NCBI GenBank assembly: GCA_946536825.1 | Contig: CAMNEX010000001.1 | Span: 1-62,118, forward strand | Length of the DNA stretch: 62,118 nt | Direction: 5' to 3' | Source: an uncultured Selenomonadales bacterium | Lineage (GTDB): Bacteria; Bacillota; Negativicutes; Selenomonadales; Selenomonadaceae | Part shown: in pieces, positions 53,478 to 61,502 of the stretch | Position numbering within the stretch: position 1 is the first letter of the stretch | How the letters are laid out: the number at the start of each line of letters is the position of its first letter | Notes under the pieces: model-generated | Databases searched by the model: none | Told to the model about the DNA's origin: nothing | Seen by the model: the letters and a program-made list of their open reading frames with translations, nothing else | Position numbers and translations under genes: made by a program

Positions 53478-55730
53478 ATGGCGAACACATGGGATAAAAT
53501 TCCGCAAACACATCGGGCGATTTTGTTCGAGGAGTTCACTCACCCCGCTGACACTTCGGCGAAAAATTTATACAGTATTTTAGACCTATACGACGACTTC
53601 GATCCAGGCAATAATGAACTGCACAAAGACATTGAGAAAAAGCTTGAGGTTCGGAGTTTCAACGAATTTTTGGAAAAGTTTCAGCCGAAAGTTTTTGAGT
53701 GCGTCACGGGCACGGAAAACGACGTTCCGTTTTTTCAGTACACCGACGACCCAATGGAGGCAAAGAAAAATAACGGGCGCGAAATAAAAATAACCTGTCA
53801 CGCCTATTACGAAATGCTCGTGAACATGTACACCCAAAAAGGCGACAGCGGCATTGCAAACATTGAATTCGATGATGAAAAAATTCGCGAGATACTCACG
53901 CCCAAGCGCGAGATTGAAGCCCTTTACGATACGCGCCAAAAAATTCCCCTGCTCATGGAAAAATATGATGAACGACTTGCCAAAAATGAAAATGCCGCGC
54001 CCATTGCCAAACGTCTGAAGGCAATTCGCAGAAACGCCCTTGACCAGCTGAAAAATCCCAGGACGTTAATGGCAATCAGCCTTGACGATACCGAGAGGAA
54101 AATTAAGGCGGCAGATGAAAAACTTCTGCAGTTGAAGGCGGCAGAATCAAATAGCGACGACAAGCCAAAAAAATTACTCAGCGGACGCGGCGGTTTCGAT
54201 CAAGACGGACATTGGATTTTAATTCCCGCCAAGGCAAGTACGCCCGACTCCGACGAAAGTAGCGACGCAAAAAGCGACCCCGACGGCGACAACGCAAACA
54301 AATTTGCCAAAATAATTCAAGGCGATTTAAATAAACACGCGGCGGACGAAAGTAATTTCACGAAAGCTTTGGTTGTCTCGGCTTACACCGGCAGAGAACT
54401 TACCAATCCGTTTGAGAATAAGGACAGCACCGCGCTCGCCGTATATCGCGCCGAACTCGTCGAGAATAAAAAAATTATTCAAAACAGTTTCAAGCAGGCG
54501 CAGGAAGCTTTTATAAAAGTTCTGTCCGACAGCGTCCGGAAAATGTTGTGCGTGAAAATTTTCTTCGATCATGCCACGGTTGGCAAGGGCGGCGATGACG
54601 CAAAACTCCCGAAGGTCGGCTTAATCGTCGCGAATTGCAAGGCGGATAAACTCATTGACAATAAAATCAAAGGCAAATTTGAAGCTACAATGCAACATTT
54701 GGGCTTGGGCGTCAGCGACAAAAATAAACTCTGGTTCGCGATTTTGCCGCATGTCTTTCACGAAGATTTTTCGGACGGCGGCGGCGCAAGTCAAAATGCC
54801 GATCTTGATGACGATTTATATGACGACGACGACAATCAAGATATAACTTCTGCGAACGGCACGGATTTTTCTGCGGCGAAGTCGATTTTAAGAATCATGG
54901 AAGATTGCAAGATTATGACGGTTTTTAACTTCGCGTCCACCAGTCCTTCAATGACTTTTTCGGGCATTAACTCGGAAGTCATAAAAAAGCTTGAGGACGA
55001 ACTTGAGCCGCTCAATTACGAACACGCGGTTTACGCCCTGCCGAATTTTACGATTATGAAAGAAGGGACCGTTTCTCTCGGCAAAAAAAATGAAACCGAC
55101 GCGCCGAAAATTTCCGTCCCCGCAATGTACATTGACGCGGCGTATGTGGCGGCGGGTTTGCTTATCGCCGCTCAGCAACCGGAATTTTGGATAAACAACG
55201 GCTTTAAGGACGCCTTCATAAAAGAAAATTCCTGCGTTCGCATTGACCTTGAGGAAGACAAAATTACCGCCAAATTGCTGACGAAATTTAATCGCGAACG
55301 CTCAATCGCCTGGAGCGCGGACGTTATCAATGCTTTCACGGCGAATCGTTTCGGCTTTGCCTTCGACGGCGATCAAAGATACGACGAACGAGCGGACAGA
55401 TTTATTAACCGCACTTACATTCTTAACGCCAGAACGCTCAAGCGCAAGGACGGCGAATATCAAGCGATTTTCCGCACGCTCATGAAAGATTTTATCAAAG
55501 CTTATTTGAAAACTTACGGCTCAAAACTCAAAGCTCCGCAACGCGACGATTTCCTTAACAAAGTCGTTGCCGAGTGGAAGCAGCAATCCAAAAAATATAA
55601 ATCTAAGGGCGATATAATCAATCTCATGCTCCGAGACGGCGAAGATATTTCCAAGGAAGAAAATACCAGCAATTTGAAAGTTGAACTTTCGGGCGGCGAG
55701 GAAATGCTTGACGTTGAAATTGTCGATTAA
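53478..55730 (+). CDS. Candidate fused TssB/TssC-like contractile sheath protein
   Basis: N-terminus has a TssB-like segment KKLEVRSFNEFLEKFQPKVFECV. The C-terminal ~330 aa follow the TssC-like order of hydrophobic blocks (…ILRIMEDCKIMTVFNFAS…, …AVYALPNFTIM…, …MYIDAAYVAAGLLIA…, …TYILNART…). Two acidic low-complexity linkers lie between. AAGGAGG RBS. Confidence 0.4.
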   Translation: MANTWDKIPQTHRAILFEEFTHPADTSAKNLYSILDLYDDFDPGNNELHKDIEKKLEVRSFNEFLEKFQPKVFECVTGTENDVPFFQYTDDPMEAKKNNGREIKITCHAYYEMLVNMYTQKGDSGIANIEFDDEKIREILTPKREIEALYDTRQKIPLLMEKYDERLAKNENAAPIAKRLKAIRRNALDQLKNPRTLMAISLDDTERKIKAADEKLLQLKAAESNSDDKPKKLLSGRGGFDQDGHWILIPAKASTPDSDESSDAKSDPDGDNANKFAKIIQGDLNKHAADESNFTKALVVSAYTGRELTNPFENKDSTALAVYRAELVENKKIIQNSFKQAQEAFIKVLSDSVRKMLCVKIFFDHATVGKGGDDAKLPKVGLIVANCKADKLIDNKIKGKFEATMQHLGLGVSDKNKLWFAILPHVFHEDFSDGGGASQNADLDDDLYDDDDNQDITSANGTDFSAAKSILRIMEDCKIMTVFNFASTSPSMTFSGINSEVIKKLEDELEPLNYEHAVYALPNFTIMKEGTVSLGKKNETDAPKISVPAMYIDAAYVAAGLLIAAQQPEFWINNGFKDAFIKENSCVRIDLEEDKITAKLLTKFNRERSIAWSADVINAFTANRFGFAFDGDQRYDERADRFINRTYILNARTLKRKDGEYQAIFRTLMKDFIKAYLKTYGSKLKAPQRDDFLNKVVAEWKQQSKKYKSKGDIINLMLRDGEDISKEENTSNLKVELSGGEEMLDVEIVD

Positions 55731-55745
55731 GGAAGGGGTTTCCAA

Positions 55746-56174
55746 ATGATTTATTACGAATTGAAAATTGAGTCCTCAAGCGAGACTATCGAGATTAACG
55801 AAGACAACGCGATTGATTATGCAGATGTTGTGCTTGACACGCTCGACAACAGCACGCAGAAAAAATCCAGTTCACTTTTGGCGCGAATGACCATTCAAGG
55901 CAACATAACTTCTTCGATTAATGACAGCCTGATTAAAATTTCGGAATGGGCTCGCGACCTCAAAAAAGAGACGACTTATCGCAAGGTAACTTTGGTGATA
56001 AAGGAGGACAAAGCGGGCGTTATCCTGCGGACGTATGAAATTCCCGATATGTTTGTCTGCGACTACAGCGAAATTTACCATACGCCCAAAGAAGGCACCG
56101 ATCCGGAGCCGTTTCAATTCGTGCTCTCTCTCAATCAAAGAGAAAATAAGCTTGAAGAATTCAACACGTATTGA
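55746..56174 (+). CDS. Hcp/TssD-like tube protein
   Basis: 142 aa. The pattern …ARMTIQGNITSS…LIKISEWA…YRKVTLVIKEDKAGVILRTYEIPDMFVCDYSEIYH…PFQFVLSLNQ… mirrors Bacteroidetes-type TssD proteins. Sits between the sheath-like and VgrG-like genes. Confidence 0.5.
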   Translation: MIYYELKIESSSETIEINEDNAIDYADVVLDTLDNSTQKKSSSLLARMTIQGNITSSINDSLIKISEWARDLKKETTYRKVTLVIKEDKAGVILRTYEIPDMFVCDYSEIYHTPKEGTDPEPFQFVLSLNQRENKLEEFNTY

Positions 56175-56189
56175 TAGGGAGAAATTTTA

Positions 56190-57593
56190 ATGAAAGTTCG
56201 TGGCTTGGGCGAGGAAAATTATTTTGAAAAAATTTTGGTCGGCAAGGCGGCTAATCGGCACAGCTTTTGCGAATTCAGACAGCGCACGCCCGAAGAAAAT
56301 TTTTCTGTTTATCAAAATGCAGTAGGTAAAGAAATAGGCGTCGAAACGGACAGCGGACGCCCAATTTTTTTTGGCGAAGTGACGGAAGTTTTAATCGAGC
56401 AAACCTACCACGGCAATTACGTCGAAATTCGCGCCGAATCAACTTCGCTGAAAACCGACGAGGAGCCGCAGACGCGCATTTTCCAAAATCCCGAAAAAAA
56501 ATTCGGCGAAGTTTTGAACTCTGAACGCTTGAAACTCAAAAACTGCGCGGTTGCGCTTGACGATAAGTTGAAGTCGCAACCTTGCAAAGAAATTATTCTG
56601 CAGGACGCCGAAACAAATTTTGAGTTCGTGAAAAGATTGGCGGCGTGGCAGGGGCGGCGCGTTTGGGTAAAGGACACGTGGCAAGGGAAATGCGAATTAA
56701 AAGTTGCGGCTTGCTCCGACGAATCGGCGAATAAAATTTCTCAAGACGAAATCATCAGCTTGAAAGTCGGTCGGCGCGGGAAAATTCGCACAGCCAAACT
56801 TGTCGCGCAGAAATATTTTGAGCTCGGTCGCATTTTGAGTTTGGGCGATAATCCCTGCAAATATTTGATCGTTGGGCTTGAAATTTATCAGGAACGCGGC
56901 GTCGACAGAATGTGCTACGCTTTGGAGGAATTTAAAAATCTTGAGCCGGCAAAACTTTGCTCCGCGACGCCGATTAAGCTTAAGGCGACAGTCAAAGACA
57001 TAACCGACAAAGAAAATTTCGGACGGCTTCAAGTGCAATTCGAGATTGAGGACAAGGACGAAAAAAAATCGTGGTTGCCTTATCGGACGCCTTACAGCGG
57101 AATAATTTTTTTGCCGGAAATCGGCGAGACTGTCGAAATTTTTTACACGCAGGGCGAATGCTACATTGCCTCGACTTTGCGGACGAAAACTCTTGACGAC
57201 GAATTTAAAAACGTCAAGGATAAATTTATCGGCAATAATCGCAAGCAAAGAATTTTTTTCCGCGAGAAATCGCTTGAGATTAAGTCGCTTGAAACTTCGA
57301 TTTTCATGGACGAAAAAAAAATTGTCCTGAGCGTCGGCACAAATAAAATCGTTATGGACGAGCAGGGAATATCGATAAAAACGGGCGGCAAGCTCAATGC
57401 GGAAATCGCCAAGGAAGTTTTGCTGAAGGCGGGCGAATCCTTAACCGAGCAAATCGGCAAAGATATTTCGTCGAAGGCGGGCGGAAAAATTTCTGTCGAT
57501 AGCGGCGGCAATACTTCGTTCAAAGTCGGCGGGAAATTCGAGGCGGAAGCGAGTTCTGCAAAAATTAAAGGTAGCAGTGTCGAGTTGGGATAG
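56190..57593 (+). CDS. VgrG-like spike protein (gpD/gp27-like plus gp5 OB-fold plus short beta-helix), no effector extension
   Basis: OB-fold hallmark …ATVKDITDKENFGRLQVQFEIEDKDEKKSWLPYRTPYSGIIFLPEIGETVEIFYTQGE…IAS. C-terminal repeats of the K-x-GGK type. Confidence 0.7.
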   Translation: MKVRGLGEENYFEKILVGKAANRHSFCEFRQRTPEENFSVYQNAVGKEIGVETDSGRPIFFGEVTEVLIEQTYHGNYVEIRAESTSLKTDEEPQTRIFQNPEKKFGEVLNSERLKLKNCAVALDDKLKSQPCKEIILQDAETNFEFVKRLAAWQGRRVWVKDTWQGKCELKVAACSDESANKISQDEIISLKVGRRGKIRTAKLVAQKYFELGRILSLGDNPCKYLIVGLEIYQERGVDRMCYALEEFKNLEPAKLCSATPIKLKATVKDITDKENFGRLQVQFEIEDKDEKKSWLPYRTPYSGIIFLPEIGETVEIFYTQGECYIASTLRTKTLDDEFKNVKDKFIGNNRKQRIFFREKSLEIKSLETSIFMDEKKIVLSVGTNKIVMDEQGISIKTGGKLNAEIAKEVLLKAGESLTEQIGKDISSKAGGKISVDSGGNTSFKVGGKFEAEASSAKIKGSSVELG

Positions 57594-57604
57594 GAGGAAA
57601 TTTA

Positions 57605-58696
57605 ATGGAAATGACGCGGCAGGAGGCGGAAAAATTTTTAAAGCGAGTCGAAAAGGAATTAAACGCCGAGCAAAAGGAAACTTTAAAAAAATTGAAGAGC
57701 CGCGTAGAAGAAGAATTGCGCGGCGCGGAAAAATTTATCGAGGTTGTGACGGACGTGGAGGAGACAGAAAATCTTTTGCCGCTTGAAGTCGGCGACGGAA
57801 TTTTTTTCGCTAATCAGCCGCCGCTTGAAACAGGCGAGCCGAAAACGCTTCCTTACGAGCCGTTTTTTTTATGCGTACCTTACGAAGAATTTTTTTCCTT
57901 ACTGAATAAAGATTTTCGCGGCGCGGGCTTTACCTATCAGCTCAAGCCGGATTATCGTTTTGTCGAGGTGGAGGAAAAAATTTATCGGGCGGCGAGCCTT
58001 TACAATGTGCCGTTGCAAATTTATTCGCCGTATGCAAGGCGGGCGGTCGACATTTGCATTTTCGGCGAAACTACCGAGCTTAATTTCAAGCTGTCGGAAA
58101 ATAATTTGGCGGGCAAATTGCTTACGGATAAAAAATTTTATTGGAATGTCGAAATAGATTCTGTGTCGTGGGATTCAATGCAGACGGTCGGGAAGCTTTA
58201 TGAATATCGCTGTTCGGCGGAGGATTTAAGTTTTGTCCTGCCCTGCCGCGATTCTTCGCTTGACGCCGATATAGAAGTTAGGCGAGCCGACGGGCAAATT
58301 ATTTTTCGGACGCCGCGAGAATTCCCGACGGAAAAGGGCGAGCGCATAAAAATTTTGCCGATAAAAAATAAAATTGCGTCGAGAATTTTGAGCAAAAAAA
58401 GACTTCGGACGCAAGGCGATATTGAGTTTGTCTTGAGCGGACTTTCTCGCGACGGCTATTCCTGTCACTTCGGGCAATTCGGCGACGCGGCGGAAAATAT
58501 CACGCCATACACGGCGGAGCATAAATATTTTTCTTCGGCGGACGAAAATTTGTTGCGGGCTAAAAAATATCTGCCGCAATGCACGGTTAAATTTGTCGGC
58601 GCGGAATTTTTCCTGGCGGATTATGCGAACTTTGTCCTGAAATTTTTGGAGGAAAATTATCCTGAATTTAATTGGGCGGGTGAGCGCGATGGATAA
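57605..58696 (+). CDS. Hypothetical protein (363 aa), operon member
   Basis: TAGGAGG RBS, 11 nt after the VgrG-like stop. Helical N-terminus (EKFLKRVEKELNAEQKETLKKLK), then a mixed domain. No motif recognised. Confidence 0.6.
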   Translation: MEMTRQEAEKFLKRVEKELNAEQKETLKKLKSRVEEELRGAEKFIEVVTDVEETENLLPLEVGDGIFFANQPPLETGEPKTLPYEPFFLCVPYEEFFSLLNKDFRGAGFTYQLKPDYRFVEVEEKIYRAASLYNVPLQIYSPYARRAVDICIFGETTELNFKLSENNLAGKLLTDKKFYWNVEIDSVSWDSMQTVGKLYEYRCSAEDLSFVLPCRDSSLDADIEVRRADGQIIFRTPREFPTEKGERIKILPIKNKIASRILSKKRLRTQGDIEFVLSGLSRDGYSCHFGQFGDAAENITPYTAEHKYFSSADENLLRAKKYLPQCTVKFVGAEFFLADYANFVLKFLEENYPEFNWAGERDG

Positions 58697-59153
58697 GGAA
58701 GAATTATTCGTCACGGCGGAGGAAGTCGCAAGAGATTTTCGCGGCGGCTTAAAAAATCTGCGCGGGAATTTTATCGAAGAACTTTTACGCGAGGAATTGA
58801 ATCAAGGTTATTACGGCGCGGAGGCTAAAAAAATTTTCGGCGCATTGACGCAAGCCGAGCAAGATTTAATTTTGCGGGCACTGAAACTCCAAGAGCAATG
58901 CGAAGGTCGGCAATTAAAATTCATGTTGGCGTTGAAAAGTCTTTTCCCGCACAGCGAAATTTATTTTCACACCGGAAAATTTTTGTTGTGTTTGCCCGAA
59001 GAAAAATCAGCGGCGGCGTTGGAGAAAATCGAACTGATAAAAATTTTGTTTATGGCGGCGGGCAATTCGGAGCTTGAAATTTATTTCGGGGAACATTTCG
59101 GGGTATTCGGCACGCCGCGGACAATGCGCCTCGACGAAATGATTTTGTATTGA
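58689..59153 (+). CDS. Hypothetical protein (~154 aa), translationally coupled
   Basis: Overlaps the upstream stop by 8 nt (or by 17 nt if GTG 58680 is used). Mostly helical. No motif recognised. Confidence 0.55.
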   Translation: MDKEELFVTAEEVARDFRGGLKNLRGNFIEELLREELNQGYYGAEAKKIFGALTQAEQDLILRALKLQEQCEGRQLKFMLALKSLFPHSEIYFHTGKFLLCLPEEKSAAALEKIELIKILFMAAGNSELEIYFGEHFGVFGTPRTMRLDEMILY

Positions 59154-59167
59154 ACGGAGGTTTTTTT

Positions 59168-60742
59168 ATGGGAGTGGCAATCGGTTTGGACTTCGGCACG
59201 ACAAATTCCGTTGTGACTTACGAAGATAAGGACGGGAAATTGAAAAGCTTTAAAGTAAACGGCTCGCCGCTTATCCCCAGCGTGATTTTTTTCAAGACGC
59301 GGGAAGATTATCTTATCGGGCAAAAGGCGTTGAACAGGAGCGGGCAAAATCCCGCGGGCGCAATTTCCGGCTTCAAAACCAAACTCAACGAAGACAATAT
59401 GCCCTATGAAGTGATTTTATCAGACGGCTCAAAGTTTAAAATTCTGCCGAAGGTCGCCGTAAAATATTTTTTGAACAAATTGATGAGCGAAGTCCAAGAA
59501 TATTTGCTGAAGAAAAGAATTGCCGACGCGGCGATTGACCGCGCAGTCATAACCGTGCCGACAAAATTTAACGACAAGGCAAATCAAGCAATAAAATCGG
59601 CGGCGGCGCAGGCAATGAATTTGAGTTTCAAACAAATAAAACTCGTCTACGAGCCGACAGCGGCGGCAGTTGCGGCGCATAGTGACGACGAACCCGACGC
59701 AAAAAATTTATTGATTTACGACTTCGGCGGCGGGACTTTCGACGTTTCCTTGATTCAAAAGGACGGCAAAGTTTTCAAGCAGATAAAAACCGACGGCGAC
59801 CCGAAATGCGGCGGCGATTTACTCACCGGCATATTGGCGAAAAATTTGTTGGAAGGCGCGAACGACGAATACGGAACGGATTTTCCGTGGGATTTTGAAG
59901 ACCTCGACGAAGACAGCCTCAGCGAACTTAAATATAAAGAAAATATTGCGGCGATTGTCAAAGAGGCGAACACGGCGAAAATTTATCTCAGCGAAAATAC
60001 CGATACGGACGTTACGTTTCCGTTTTGGATATCGGAATCGAGGAGCGAAAATTACAATGTCAACGTGAGCCGCAAAGATTTTGAAAGAATGATTCGCAAG
60101 GAAATAAATCACACGGCGGAAATAACGCGGCGCGTTGTCGACAGCGACGAGGCAAAAGCGGCGGGCGGCATTGACAAAATTATAATTGCGGGCGGGTCGG
60201 GGCAAATTCCCATGATTCGCGATGTCTTAAGGGATAAACTCGGAAATTTCTCAATCAATCGCTCGGAAGAAATTTCGACGCTGATAAGTCGCGGCGCGGC
60301 GATTCTGGCAAAAAATATTGAGTCGCTGGAAAATGTGACTGCGCAAAAAACTACGGTGCAGTTGGGAATTTCTTCGACACAAGGCATGGGCTACGGAATT
60401 TTTCAAACGATTATCGAGGCGGAGCGCGATCTTCCCTGCGAAAATTCTTGCGATTTCCGATTAATGGAAGATAATCAGCGGCTGTTGAAAATTTCTTACT
60501 ACGAGCGCGACATTAAAAATTATCCCCGCGCCGAACGCATTGACGACGCGGGAATTACGCAAGTTGACGAACTCGAAGTGGAATTGCCGCCGGGGCTGAA
60601 AAAATCTGACACCGTGATTAAAATTACTTTCGCCGTGCAAAAGGATTCAAGTCTTGAACTTTCCGCCGAGGTTTTGAGGAACGACGGAAGCAAAATCAGC
60701 GAGGAGAAACTTAAAGTCAACAAAGTTTCCGATTTGTTCTAA
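59168..60742 (+). CDS. Hsp70-family protein (NBD plus beta substrate-binding domain, no helical lid or EEVD)
   Basis: GLDFGTTNSVV, IYDFGGGTFDVSLI, DGDPKCGGDLL, IIIAGGSGQIPMIRD. SBD-beta-like end …TVIKITFAVQKDSSLELSAEV…. ATG 59168 after GGAGG. Confidence 0.8.
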   Translation: MGVAIGLDFGTTNSVVTYEDKDGKLKSFKVNGSPLIPSVIFFKTREDYLIGQKALNRSGQNPAGAISGFKTKLNEDNMPYEVILSDGSKFKILPKVAVKYFLNKLMSEVQEYLLKKRIADAAIDRAVITVPTKFNDKANQAIKSAAAQAMNLSFKQIKLVYEPTAAAVAAHSDDEPDAKNLLIYDFGGGTFDVSLIQKDGKVFKQIKTDGDPKCGGDLLTGILAKNLLEGANDEYGTDFPWDFEDLDEDSLSELKYKENIAAIVKEANTAKIYLSENTDTDVTFPFWISESRSENYNVNVSRKDFERMIRKEINHTAEITRRVVDSDEAKAAGGIDKIIIAGGSGQIPMIRDVLRDKLGNFSINRSEEISTLISRGAAILAKNIESLENVTAQKTTVQLGISSTQGMGYGIFQTIIEAERDLPCENSCDFRLMEDNQRLLKISYYERDIKNYPRAERIDDAGITQVDELEVELPPGLKKSDTVIKITFAVQKDSSLELSAEVLRNDGSKISEEKLKVNKVSDLF

Positions 60743-60755
60743 GGAGGTATTTATT

Positions 60756-61499
60756 TTGTCGTTATGGGAATGGATTAAAAATTTACTTTATCGCCTGCGC
60801 GGCGGCAAGCCGAAACGTTCGCCAAAAAAAATTATTCAAAGTCACAGACCGCAAATTAAATCGGAACCGCCGCCGTGGAAGTCCGTTTATTCGTCGCCAA
60901 TCTCTGAACCGCGGCGGGAAGAAATTTCCGAGCCAAAGAAAGAATTCGTCTTGGACATAAGAAACGAAGCCGACATGGAAAATTATTTGGGCAAGTTGAG
61001 AAATCGCGGTGCCTTTGAAAGTTTTCGGCGCGATTTTCCATTGCCGTGGCTGAATACACATTTATCCAGAGCGGACGACGTTTTGTCGAAAATCGCTTTG
61101 CTTAAAGATTTTGATGAGGAGGAATTTAATTCAAAATTGGCGAGCAAGGTTTGCAATTTGTCAAAACACATGCTCGCCATTTACAGAGACGCGGAAAATT
61201 CTCCTCAGCTCAACGAAAACTCGCGGCAACTGCTAAGAAGTCTTGTCGAAAATTATCTTTCGGAAATTGGCTTGACGAAAAAAATTTTTAAAGTCGGCGA
61301 CGCTTACAACGATTGGGCAGATTTGAATCTGGATACTTCTTCTGCCGAATTTATCGCTACCGATAATCGGACTTTGGGCTCGACCCTTGCCGCAATAAAA
61401 ATTCAACCGCATGTAATTTCTTATCGGAACGAGTTCGGCGAAATTAAACAGCTTATTTTCGGCGGCTTGTGCAGAGCTTACAAATTTAAGGAGGTTTGA
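60756..61499 (+). CDS. Hypothetical protein with a basic/Pro-rich N-terminus and a possible GrpE-like C-terminal end
   Basis: TTG 60756, 8 nt after AAGGAGG. C-terminus VGDAYNDWADLN…LAAIKIQPHVISYRNEFGEIKQLIFGGLCRAYKF loosely follows the GrpE beta-domain pattern. Confidence 0.35.
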   Translation: MSLWEWIKNLLYRLRGGKPKRSPKKIIQSHRPQIKSEPPPWKSVYSSPISEPRREEISEPKKEFVLDIRNEADMENYLGKLRNRGAFESFRRDFPLPWLNTHLSRADDVLSKIALLKDFDEEEFNSKLASKVCNLSKHMLAIYRDAENSPQLNENSRQLLRSLVENYLSEIGLTKKIFKVGDAYNDWADLNLDTSSAEFIATDNRTLGSTLAAIKIQPHVISYRNEFGEIKQLIFGGLCRAYKFKEV

Positions 61500-61502
61500 G
61501 AG

